Shown piece by piece: positions 1 to 7,173 of a stretch of DNA of 32,000 nt. A program made the translations under genes and the position numbers. Position 1 is the first letter of the stretch. Every line of letters starts with the position of its first letter. The stretch spans positions 2,880,001-2,912,000 of the forward strand of contig CP060262.1 of NCBI GenBank assembly GCA_022646745.1. Reading direction: 5' to 3'. The notes under the pieces are model-generated. The model was not told where the DNA came from, did not search any database, and saw nothing but the letters and a program-made list of their open reading frames with translations. The DNA is from Planctomycetales bacterium. Its GTDB lineage: Bacteria; 4484-113; JAFGCY01.

Positions 1-1
1 G

Positions 2-784
2 TCCCCGGACGAAGCAATGCTGCGCTGGTCCGGGCTGCACATCCCTCAGGACCACGTTGCCATCTTTGAGCCGGAGGGTGGTGTGTTGCAGGTGGAACAG
101 GTGCTGCATCGCCTGAAGCTGATGGCCGGCAGCATGGGGGCGAAATTCATGGAGGGCTGCGGCCTGGTGCGCTGGGAGGCTTGCCCGGACGGAGTGAAGG
201 TGCGGCATGAACAGAAGGATCCGCTGATCGAGGCCGGCTGGCTGGTGCTGGCAACCGGCGCGAATCTGGTGGAAACCTGCAGGCTTGACCTGCCGCTGCA
301 GGTAGAGCGCCAGTACCAGGTTGTGTTCATGCCGAAGCAGCATGGCCTGTATTCAGCATCGGATTTCCCGGCCATCGCGATCGACCGTGGCGATGAGCTG
401 ATGACCTACGGCATCCCGGACTTTGGCAACGGAGTCAAGCTGGCCTTCCACCACGGCGGGCGCAGCGGCATCCCCGACCGGGATGGACGCGTGGTTACTG
501 AGATGGAAGTCAACAGGCTGCGGGAAGTTGCCAGTGAGTGGCTGCCACAGGCCTGTGGGGAAGTCACTGGCAAGTGGACCTGCCTCTATACGAATACGCC
601 GGATGAGCAGTTCATCATCGACTGGCACCTGGCTTCGCGGCGTGTACTGCTATTGAGCTGTTGCAGCGGGCACGGCTACAAGTTCGGCCCGGTGGTCGGG
701 GAGATTGCAGCCCAGATGATTGCAGACGGTGGCAGCAGTCATGACATCTCTGAATTCAGGATCGGGAGATTCACCGGGAACTGA
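2..784 (+). CDS. FAD-dependent amine oxidase, monomeric sarcosine oxidase / N-methyltryptophan oxidase-like (C-terminal part; 5' end lies upstream of the window)
   Basis: The frame is open from base 2. The C-terminal motifs FIIDWH and CCSGHGYKFGPVVGEIAAQMI resemble the MSOX/SolA signature (SGHGFKF with a nearby Cys). The stop is at 782-784, and the gene overlaps the 3' end of the convergent methyltransferase by 14 nt. Confidence 0.7.
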   Translation, partial: SPDEAMLRWSGLHIPQDHVAIFEPEGGVLQVEQVLHRLKLMAGSMGAKFMEGCGLVRWEACPDGVKVRHEQKDPLIEAGWLVLATGANLVETCRLDLPLQVERQYQVVFMPKQHGLYSASDFPAIAIDRGDELMTYGIPDFGNGVKLAFHHGGRSGIPDRDGRVVTEMEVNRLREVASEWLPQACGEVTGKWTCLYTNTPDEQFIIDWHLASRRVLLLSCCSGHGYKFGPVVGEIAAQMIADGGSSHDISEFRIGRFTGN

Positions 785-1565
785 ATGCCATGAGGGTAAT
801 GCTGGCGGCATGGGCCAGCAGCAGGTCCTGGATCGGGGTCGTGACCGGGTCACCCTCACATTGGCCGGCTGCATACCTGTTGAGGCGCAGCACTTGCACA
901 CCCGTGAAACCGGCATCCTGCAGCAACTGGATGTAACTCTCGCAGGAAAGCGCCGAGGCGTAAGCGGCGGATGCATCCTCGCGTCCGGCCAGCCCTGCCT
1001 TTCCTTCGCAGTCCTCAACCACCAGGTCGCTGACAACCAGGCGTCCACCCGGTCGGAGCACGCGATGGGCTTCGCTGAAGGCACGTGCGCGGTCCGGCGC
1101 GAGATTCAGCACGCAGTTTGACAGCACCACATCAATACTGCCATTGAAGAAAGGCAGGTCCTGGATGTCACCTTCGCGAAACTCAGTGTTGAACAGGGAC
1201 TCGTTGTCGCGCAGCTGTTGCTCAGCATCGCGCGACAGTGCCAGCATCTCACGAGAGAAGTCAACGCCGTACACCTTGCCGGTCTTGCCAACCATCCGAG
1301 CGGCACTGATCACATCACGTCCGGCTCCGCTGCCAAGGTCCAACACCGTTTCACCGGGCTGCAGCCTGGCAAGCTCCACTGGATTGCCACAGGACAGTCC
1401 GGCAGTGGATGCTGGAAAGGATATGGCGCCAGCACCGGGAGCTGCTTGCATGGCAGGGGCATCGCCGCAATGGCCGCAGCCACCACTGCCGCAGCATTCG
1501 TCCTGCTGCTGGCTGGCAATCTCTCCATAGGCTTGCCTGACTGTATCGGAATTGTTTGGCTGCAT
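771..1565 (-). CDS. arsM: SAM-dependent methyltransferase, arsenite methyltransferase (ArsM)-like
   Basis: Cys-rich N-terminus (CCGSGGCGHCGD), then LSCGNP, SAM motif I (GETVLDLGSGAGRDV), DVVLSNCVLNL and LRPGGRLVVSDLV. The order and spacing are as in ArsM-type enzymes. Confidence 0.7.
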   Translation of the reverse strand: MQPNNSDTVRQAYGEIASQQQDECCGSGGCGHCGDAPAMQAAPGAGAISFPASTAGLSCGNPVELARLQPGETVLDLGSGAGRDVISAARMVGKTGKVYGVDFSREMLALSRDAEQQLRDNESLFNTEFREGDIQDLPFFNGSIDVVLSNCVLNLAPDRARAFSEAHRVLRPGGRLVVSDLVVEDCEGKAGLAGREDASAAYASALSCESYIQLLQDAGFTGVQVLRLNRYAAGQCEGDPVTTPIQDLLLAHAASITLMAFSSR

Positions 1566-1573
1566 CAGCCGGA

Positions 1574-1579
1574 ATTGTA
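1574..1579 (-). promoter_or_regulatory. -10-like hexamer TACAAT, 8 nt upstream of the arsM-like ATG (candidate leaderless promoter)
   Basis: The plus strand reads ATTGTA at 1574-1579, inside the 18-nt gap between the ribBA stop (1584) and the ATG at 1565. No Shine-Dalgarno sequence lies in between. Confidence 0.4.
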
Positions 1580-1583
1580 ACCG

Positions 1584-2900
1584 CTACTCGGGCTTCTGGC
1601 TGGTTTCCTCGATGGCATCCAGGTCCAGGCGGTGGTCCATCCGCTCAACCTTGGTACGCAGGTAGCGTGCCAGCTCGGGGCCGACAGCACCCTTGATCGG
1701 GACCGGTACACGGCTGGTGATGCGTACGCGGAAGCTTTCGAGGCCGATGATCTTCGCCGGGTTGTTTGTCATCAGGCGGATGCTCTTCACACCGAGGTCC
1801 TCGAGCATCGCATTGCCCATCCAGTACTCGCGCATGTCAGCCGGCAGGCCGAGCGCGATGTTGGCATCGTAGGTATCCATGCCTTGGTCCTGCAGGTTGT
1901 AGGCGCGGATCTTGTTTATCAGGCCGATCCCGCGGCCCTCCTGGCGGAGGTACAGCAGCACACCGCGACCCTCTTCAGCGATCATCTGCAGCGCCTGCTC
2001 CAGCTGGTCACCACAGTCGCAGCGGGCGCTGTGGAACACGTCGCCGGTCAGGCACTCACTGTGCATGCGGCACAGCACGTTCTCGGCGTCAGTCACTTCG
2101 CCCATCACGAGGGCGACGTGGTGCTCATCTGTGCCGGGGATTTCGTAGCCGACGATGCGGAACTCGCCGTAGCGGGTCGGCAGGCTGGCATCCTCGATGC
2201 GCTCAATCCGGCGCAGGCGGCCGTCGTCCTGCTTCTCGTTGCCTGTTTCAGTCGCCTCGCGGTAGCGCAGCACGTCACGCACGTGCACCAGCGGCAGGTC
2301 GAAGCGCTCACTCAGCTCCTCAAGCTCTGGCTGGCGGGCCATCGTGCCATCCGCATTGCAGATCTCGCAGACAACGGTGGCAGGGTAGATCCCGGCGATG
2401 CGGGCAAGGTCGATGCTGCCTTCAGTCTGGCCGAGGCGCACGAGCACGCCACCATCCTGGGCCCGCAGCGGAACAACATGTCCCGGGCGCTGCAGGTCCT
2501 GCGGCCGGGTGGCGGGGTCAGCCAGCAGGCGGATCGTGCGCGCCATGTCGGAAGCGCTGATGCCGGTGCTTGTGCCCTGCAGGGCGTCCACGCTGACAGC
2601 CATCGCAGTGCCGAGCGTGGAGGTGTTGTCCTCCACCATCATCGGGATCTGCAGCTCCTCCAGCCGCTTGGCGGTGAGCGGGGCGCAGATCATGCCGCGG
2701 GCATGCTCCCGCAGGAAGTTGATGTGCTCGGCCTCACAGAACTGGCAACCGATCACGATGTCGCCTTCATTCTCGCGGTCCGGGTCATCGGCAAGGATGA
2801 CCATCTGGCCGTTTGCCATCGCCTCCACCGCCTTCTCAACCCTCTGCATCCAGTCCGGACGCATGTCCTCAGTATTCATGTTGCCAATATTCTCTTTCAT
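1584..2900 (-). CDS. ribBA: Bifunctional 3,4-dihydroxy-2-butanone-4-phosphate synthase / GTP cyclohydrolase II
   Basis: N-terminal DHBP synthase motifs (DRENEGDIV, RAQDGGVLVRLGQTEGSIDLARIAG). C-terminal GTP cyclohydrolase II zinc motif (RMHSECLTGDVFHSARCDCGDQLE) and LYLRQEGRGIGL. The start overlaps the ribE stop as ATGA. Confidence 0.93.
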   Translation of the reverse strand: MKENIGNMNTEDMRPDWMQRVEKAVEAMANGQMVILADDPDRENEGDIVIGCQFCEAEHINFLREHARGMICAPLTAKRLEELQIPMMVEDNTSTLGTAMAVSVDALQGTSTGISASDMARTIRLLADPATRPQDLQRPGHVVPLRAQDGGVLVRLGQTEGSIDLARIAGIYPATVVCEICNADGTMARQPELEELSERFDLPLVHVRDVLRYREATETGNEKQDDGRLRRIERIEDASLPTRYGEFRIVGYEIPGTDEHHVALVMGEVTDAENVLCRMHSECLTGDVFHSARCDCGDQLEQALQMIAEEGRGVLLYLRQEGRGIGLINKIRAYNLQDQGMDTYDANIALGLPADMREYWMGNAMLEDLGVKSIRLMTNNPAKIIGLESFRVRITSRVPVPIKGAVGPELARYLRTKVERMDHRLDLDAIEETSQKPE

Positions 2901-3511
2901 TCCTGTTCAGTCCTCTTTTCCCGTGCTGCGAGGATCATCTCCACGCTGTGGTGGACACTCTTCATCAGCATGTCCGGCTCAATATTGACGGGATCTCCTT
3001 CGTTGATGGCAGCGAGGTTTGTCGCTGCCAGCGTTTCCGGTATCAGCTCGACCCTCACATTGTTTCCATCCACTTCCTGGATCGTCAGGCTGACCCCGTC
3101 GATGGCAATACTACCCTTATGCATCATGTAAGTGTTCAATGTTGCGGGTATTGCCACAGTTAGCGCACAGTCTCCACCATTTCTCCAGACTTTGGAAACC
3201 ACGCTGCCGTGACATTCCACATGGCCGCTCAGCATATGCCCGCCGAGGCTGTCCCCGAGGCGCATCGCCGGTTCCAGGTTGAGCCTGCAGCCGATGGGCA
3301 ACTTGCCAAGGCTGGTGATTGAAAGCGTCTCATCCAGCAGGTCCGCCCCCCATCCCTCATCGGTGAGGCGGGACACCGTCAGGCAGACCCCGTTCACGGC
3401 CACGCTGTCTCCGATGGACAGCTGCATGGAAGCGGCGGCGCATTCTATCCAGATATGCTTGCCTTCCCGCTCCCTGAGCAGTCCCGTGCTGCGGATCAGT
3501 CCGGTGAACAC
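2897..3511 (-). CDS. ribE: Riboflavin synthase alpha chain
   Basis: Canonical N-terminus MFTGLI (GTG start). Two lumazine-binding repeats (SIGDSVAVNGVCLTV and KGSIAIDGVSLTI). About 200 aa. Confidence 0.9.
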   Translation of the reverse strand: MFTGLIRSTGLLREREGKHIWIECAAASMQLSIGDSVAVNGVCLTVSRLTDEGWGADLLDETLSITSLGKLPIGCRLNLEPAMRLGDSLGGHMLSGHVECHGSVVSKVWRNGGDCALTVAIPATLNTYMMHKGSIAIDGVSLTIQEVDGNNVRVELIPETLAATNLAAINEGDPVNIEPDMLMKSVHHSVEMILAAREKRTEQE

Positions 3512-3517
3512 CGCGAT

Positions 3518-3523
3518 ATTGTA
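3518..3523 (-). promoter_or_regulatory. -10-like hexamer TACAAT, 6 nt upstream of the ribE GTG (candidate leaderless promoter)
   Basis: The plus strand reads ATTGTA at 3518-3523. The spacer CGCGAT runs to start codon 3509-3511. No SD is present. Confidence 0.4.
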
Positions 3524-3603
3524 CCGCTGGCTTTAGCGCTTTTATCTAAACGTGTGTATATATTTCTTCCTTGCGGAAAGTGGCGGGAAGGGGCCAACCG
3601 CTG

Positions 3604-3612
3604 TGTTAAATT
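3604..3612 (+). promoter_or_regulatory. Extended -10-like element TGtTAAATT, 6 nt upstream of the GTG at 3619
   Basis: TGTTAAATT at 3604-3612, then TGGAACG, then GTG. No SD is present. It is divergent from the ribE element across a 107-bp gap. Confidence 0.35.
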
Positions 3613-3618
3613 GGAACG

Positions 3619-4449
3619 GTGGAGCTGCTGGAACAGTTCAGGGGAGTGCTTGCCGGAGCGGCGTTGGCAGATGCGCGCGGGCTCGGGCAGCTCAACTGCG
3701 TGGCCCGCAGCTACCGCGACTACCGTGGCTTCAGCGCGGAGGACCTGACGGAGCGCATGCTGGGCTGGTTCCGCGCCAGTGGTGAGCAGCCGGATGCCAT
3801 GACCCGTGAGAGCATGCAGCTGCTGGGCCGGGGCTACACCTTTGAGCGTGCCGCGGCGGATGCGCGCATGGCTGTGCCGGAGCGCTTCCGCACCAATGAC
3901 CGTGCGCTGCTGCGCACCCTGCCGGCGGGACTCGTGCGTTACCACGATGACATCCACCTGATTGGCGAGGCACGGCTGATCTGTGGCCTGACCCATGCGG
4001 ATGAGGAGTGCAAGATGGCCAGCGTTGCCATCAACCTGGCGCTGGCCCACCTGCTGATGGTCGGCACCGACGGCCTGATCGAGGAGATCAGTGAGTTCGT
4101 CGCTCCGCGCATGCCTGAGTTTGGCAAGCAGATCACTTCAATCGAGGCCATCAATCCCGCGGAACTGCGGCTCAGCGGCCGGGCGCTGGACACTGCACAG
4201 GCGGCACTGTGGTTCGCATACTACTGCGACAGCTACCGTGAACTGCAGCGTGTGATCGACATGGGGGAGGGGGATGCGGATGTGCTGTTGCCCCTGGCAT
4301 CAGCCCTGATCGGCGCACATCTCGGCTACAGCGGGCTGGCGGATGGCAACTGGCCGGCAGCGCTATCTGTTGAATACATGCTGCAGCTGGCTGACCAGCT
4401 CTATGAGCTTTCGCAGTCTGAGCCTGAGATAGAACGCGAGCGCAGTTAG
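3619..4449 (+). CDS. ADP-ribosylglycohydrolase-family protein (motifs partly degenerate)
   Basis: The N-terminal GVLAGAALADARG resembles the GxxxGxAxGDALG start of the family. LTHADEECKMASVAINLA lies mid-protein. The C-terminal GEGDADVLLPLASALIGAHLGYSGL aligns by eye with the GGDTDTxAAIAGALxGAxxG metal-site motif. Confidence 0.5.
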   Translation: MELLEQFRGVLAGAALADARGLGQLNCVARSYRDYRGFSAEDLTERMLGWFRASGEQPDAMTRESMQLLGRGYTFERAAADARMAVPERFRTNDRALLRTLPAGLVRYHDDIHLIGEARLICGLTHADEECKMASVAINLALAHLLMVGTDGLIEEISEFVAPRMPEFGKQITSIEAINPAELRLSGRALDTAQAALWFAYYCDSYRELQRVIDMGEGDADVLLPLASALIGAHLGYSGLADGNWPAALSVEYMLQLADQLYELSQSEPEIERERS

Positions 4450-4451
4450 GC

Positions 4452-5405
4452 TTAGCTGAACAGGCTGGAGATGCTCATGCCGATATGGTTGCGGCGGATC
4501 GCCTCAGCCAGTACCTGGGCCACGGAGATGTAGCGGATCTTCGGCACATTGGTCGAGTCCCGGCGCGGGATCGTGTTGCAGACCGTCACCAGGTCGATCG
4601 GGCTCTCCAGGATGCGCTCCACGGCGGAGCCGGAGAAGATGCCGTGCGTGGCGAACACCCGTACAGCGCTGGCCCCGTCCTCCATCAGGCGGTGCGCACC
4701 GGCGGTGATGCTGCCGGCGGTGTCGATGATGTCGTCAAACAGGATCGCGCGCTTGCCCTTCACATCACCGACCACGTCCACCACTTCGGCCACATTGGCC
4801 TCCGGGCGGCGCTTGGCGATGATCGCGATCGGCAGGCCAAGGCGGTCGGCCACGAACTTGGCGCGCTCAACACCGCCCACGTCAGGGCTGACGATCACGA
4901 CGTCGTTCTCGTCCCAGCCGTCATTGCGGATGAAGTCACACAGCACATTGGCCGCATTCAGGTGGTCCACCGGGCAGTTGAAGAAGCCCTGGATGCTGTT
5001 GGAGTGCAGATCCATCGCCAGCACGCGGCTGGCACCGGTGCCTTCGATCAGGTTGGCGACGACGCGGGCGCTGATCGGCTCACGCGGCTGCAGCTTCTTG
5101 TCCTGGCGGGCATAGCCGTAGTAGGGGGTGACGACACCGATGCGGTATGCCGATGCGCGCTTCAGCGCGTCAATCAGCAGCAGCAGCTCCATGATGTTGT
5201 CATTGACAGGTGCGCAGGTGCTCTGCAGGATGAAGCAGTGTGCCTCTCGGATGCTTTCCTCGACCTTGATCTTCAGCTCACCGTCGCTGAACTTCTCCAC
5301 CGTCGCCGCTGTCAGCGGCACGCCGAGCAGGTCGCTGATTTCCTGCCACAGCTCAGGGTTCGAGTTTCCGGCAATCAGGCGCAGCGGCCTCTGCGTGACG
5401 CTCAT
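4452..5405 (-). CDS. prs: Ribose-phosphate pyrophosphokinase
   Basis: Family hallmarks: LIAGNSNPELWQEISDLLG, YYGYARQDKK, DLHSNSIQGFF, and the PRPP loop VVIVSPDVGGVERA / ILFDDIIDTAGSI. The start overlaps the glmU stop as ATGA. Confidence 0.93.
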   Translation of the reverse strand: MSVTQRPLRLIAGNSNPELWQEISDLLGVPLTAATVEKFSDGELKIKVEESIREAHCFILQSTCAPVNDNIMELLLLIDALKRASAYRIGVVTPYYGYARQDKKLQPREPISARVVANLIEGTGASRVLAMDLHSNSIQGFFNCPVDHLNAANVLCDFIRNDGWDENDVVIVSPDVGGVERAKFVADRLGLPIAIIAKRRPEANVAEVVDVVGDVKGKRAILFDDIIDTAGSITAGAHRLMEDGASAVRVFATHGIFSGSAVERILESPIDLVTVCNTIPRRDSTNVPKIRYISVAQVLAEAIRRNHIGMSISSLFS

Positions 5406-6877
5406 TGCTTTCCTCCGGCCTGACCGGCCCCTTCCTGTTTCTCCGCGGCGCGCTGCTCCTTCAGGCGCTGGGCCTTCTCACGCAGCCTTGTGGCATAGCC
5501 TTCCTTGTTTTCCTGGCGGGAACGCCCGACTGCCAGTGCGTTGGCCGGCACATCCTTCGTGATCGCGCTGGCCATCGCCACATAGGCTCCCTCGCCGATG
5601 TTGACGGGGGCCTGCAGGCTTGAGTTGCTGCCGACGAATACGTTGTTGCCGATGCTCGTGCGGTGCTTGTTTATTCCGTCGTAGTTGCAGAAGATCGTGC
5701 CAGCCCCGATGTTGACATTCTCACCGAGGTCGGCGTCGCCGACGTACTGCAGGTGCGGCAGCTTGCTGCCCTGGCCGATCACGGCGTTCTTGGTTTCCAC
5801 GAAGTTGCCGACCTTCACGTTGTCCTGTAGGTGGGTGCCGGGTCGCAGGTTGGCGTAGGGCCCGACCGTGACGTTGTTGTCAACGTCGCAGTCCAGTGCG
5901 CGCACGTGCAGCAGGGTGCAGTTCTCGCCGATGTTGGCATTGTCCAGCACGCAGCCGGGGCCGATCACCGTGTTGCGGCCGACCTCTGTGCCATTGACCA
6001 GCACGCAGTTCGGGCCGATCTCCACATCCTCGTCCAGCTTGACGTCCGCATGCATGTAGACCGTTTCCGGCAGGCGGAAGGTCACCCCGGCCTGCATCCA
6101 GGAGCGGCGCAGCGCATCAAGGATCTCACCTTCTGCCCAGGCCAGCTGTTCACGGTCATTGATGCCGCTGATGCTGACGAAGTCATCGGTCAGGCAGGCT
6201 GCGGTGGGTGCCATCTTCACGATGTCCGGCAGATAGTATTCGCCCTTCACATCACTCTTGCCGATGGTCTCGGCAGCCTGGCGCAGCTGGTCGAACACAT
6301 TGGCACTGAACAGGTACATCCCGCTGTTGATCTCATTTATATATTTCTGCTCTTCAGAAGCATCGGCCTCTTCGACGATGGCATCAATGATTCCGCTGCC
6401 GGGGTCGCCGGAGTGGATCACGCGGCCGTATCCCGTCGGATCTTCCGCCAGGGCAGTCAGCACGCTATGTTCCGCTCCAGACTCATCACGTGCCTCGAAT
6501 AGCATGCTGAGGGTCTCATCGTCAATCAGCGGTGCGTCGCCCGGCAGCACGATGATGTCCGTGATGCCCTTCTCGAGGACGGGTTCGGCCTGCAGCAGGG
6601 CGTGCGCAGTACCGAGAGCCGGGTGCTGCAGGGCATAGGTCAGTCCGACCTGCTGCTCACCATCCGAGTAGCTGTCACCCAGTGCTTCGCGCAGCTCCGC
6701 TTCGTTATGCGGACCGTGCACCAGCACGATCTGCTGTGGTTCAAGGGGCAGGACGGCATCCAGCACCCATTCGATGACGGTCTGGCCACACAGGGTATGC
6801 AGCAGCTTGCTCTTCTTCGAATGGAAGCGGGTGGACTTGCCGGCGGCCAGTATTACAATGGCTAATCTGACGTCCAT
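5402..6877 (-). CDS. glmU: Bifunctional UDP-N-acetylglucosamine pyrophosphorylase / glucosamine-1-phosphate N-acetyltransferase
   Basis: N-terminal IVILAAGKSTRF nucleotidyltransferase motif. The C-terminal half has left-handed beta-helix hexapeptide repeats. It carries a roughly 35-aa charged C-terminal tail. The start is placed at MDVRLAIV (6877); an in-frame ATG at 6895 is the alternative. Confidence 0.9.
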   Translation of the reverse strand: MDVRLAIVILAAGKSTRFHSKKSKLLHTLCGQTVIEWVLDAVLPLEPQQIVLVHGPHNEAELREALGDSYSDGEQQVGLTYALQHPALGTAHALLQAEPVLEKGITDIIVLPGDAPLIDDETLSMLFEARDESGAEHSVLTALAEDPTGYGRVIHSGDPGSGIIDAIVEEADASEEQKYINEINSGMYLFSANVFDQLRQAAETIGKSDVKGEYYLPDIVKMAPTAACLTDDFVSISGINDREQLAWAEGEILDALRRSWMQAGVTFRLPETVYMHADVKLDEDVEIGPNCVLVNGTEVGRNTVIGPGCVLDNANIGENCTLLHVRALDCDVDNNVTVGPYANLRPGTHLQDNVKVGNFVETKNAVIGQGSKLPHLQYVGDADLGENVNIGAGTIFCNYDGINKHRTSIGNNVFVGSNSSLQAPVNIGEGAYVAMASAITKDVPANALAVGRSRQENKEGYATRLREKAQRLKEQRAAEKQEGAGQAGGKQ

Positions 6878-6886
6878 GGCGCCTGA

Positions 6887-6892
6887 ATTATA
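6887..6892 (-). promoter_or_regulatory. Consensus TATAAT, 9 nt upstream of the glmU ATG at 6877 (candidate leaderless promoter)
   Basis: The plus strand reads ATTATA at 6887-6892. The hexamer sits in the loop of the inverted repeat CCTGAAT-TATAC-ATTCAGG (6882-6900). It favours the 6877 start over 6895. Confidence 0.45.
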
Positions 6893-7173
6893 CATTCAGG
6901 CATGATTGGAACAGCGTTGGGCTGACAATACACTCATTTGTTCTGTAACTGTTAAATCTCCACTTCGTCCCCTGAAGTGACTTTAATTATTAAACTGCCG
7001 ATATTCTCTTTAAATTATTAAACATGAGTTAAAGCGTGGTTTGAAGGCAGTTTCGTAATGGAAAATTATTGCTAATCGTCGTACCTGGAAGACGATTTGC
7101 TTGGCTGGATTTTTATATTTTTGTTTCAAATATTTCAATTCGGCCGACGTTAATCACTGGTTAGAGGACTGTT

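Noticed and set aside
1632-3131. A 499-aa ORF on the plus strand opposite ribBA/ribE. Similar long antisense ORFs occur at 4485-5423, 9027-10088, 12918-14216, 21076-22308 and 28024-30177.
   Set aside because: All lie exactly antisense to genes with unambiguous family motifs (ribBA, prs, the PKD protein, acyl-CoA dehydrogenase, glyQS, alaS). Their products are Arg/Ala/His/Val-rich with no motifs. This is the usual stop-codon-poor antisense frame of GC-rich coding DNA.
3512-3618. A possible FMN riboswitch upstream of ribE.
   Set aside because: The gap is only 107 bp, shorter than the aptamer plus expression platform. I could not find the conserved FMN-element strings on the minus strand. A -10-like box sits 6 nt from the start codon, leaving no room for a leader.
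6896-7173. AT-rich gaps (also 19124-19342 and 26770-26990) as possible remnants of mobile elements, or as sites of tRNA or small structured RNA genes.
   Set aside because: There is no transposase or integrase nearby, no terminal inverted repeats or target-site duplications, and no tRNA-like GTTCGAATC/T-loop or acceptor-stem pattern. The sequences are too AT-rich and unstructured for the known housekeeping RNAs.
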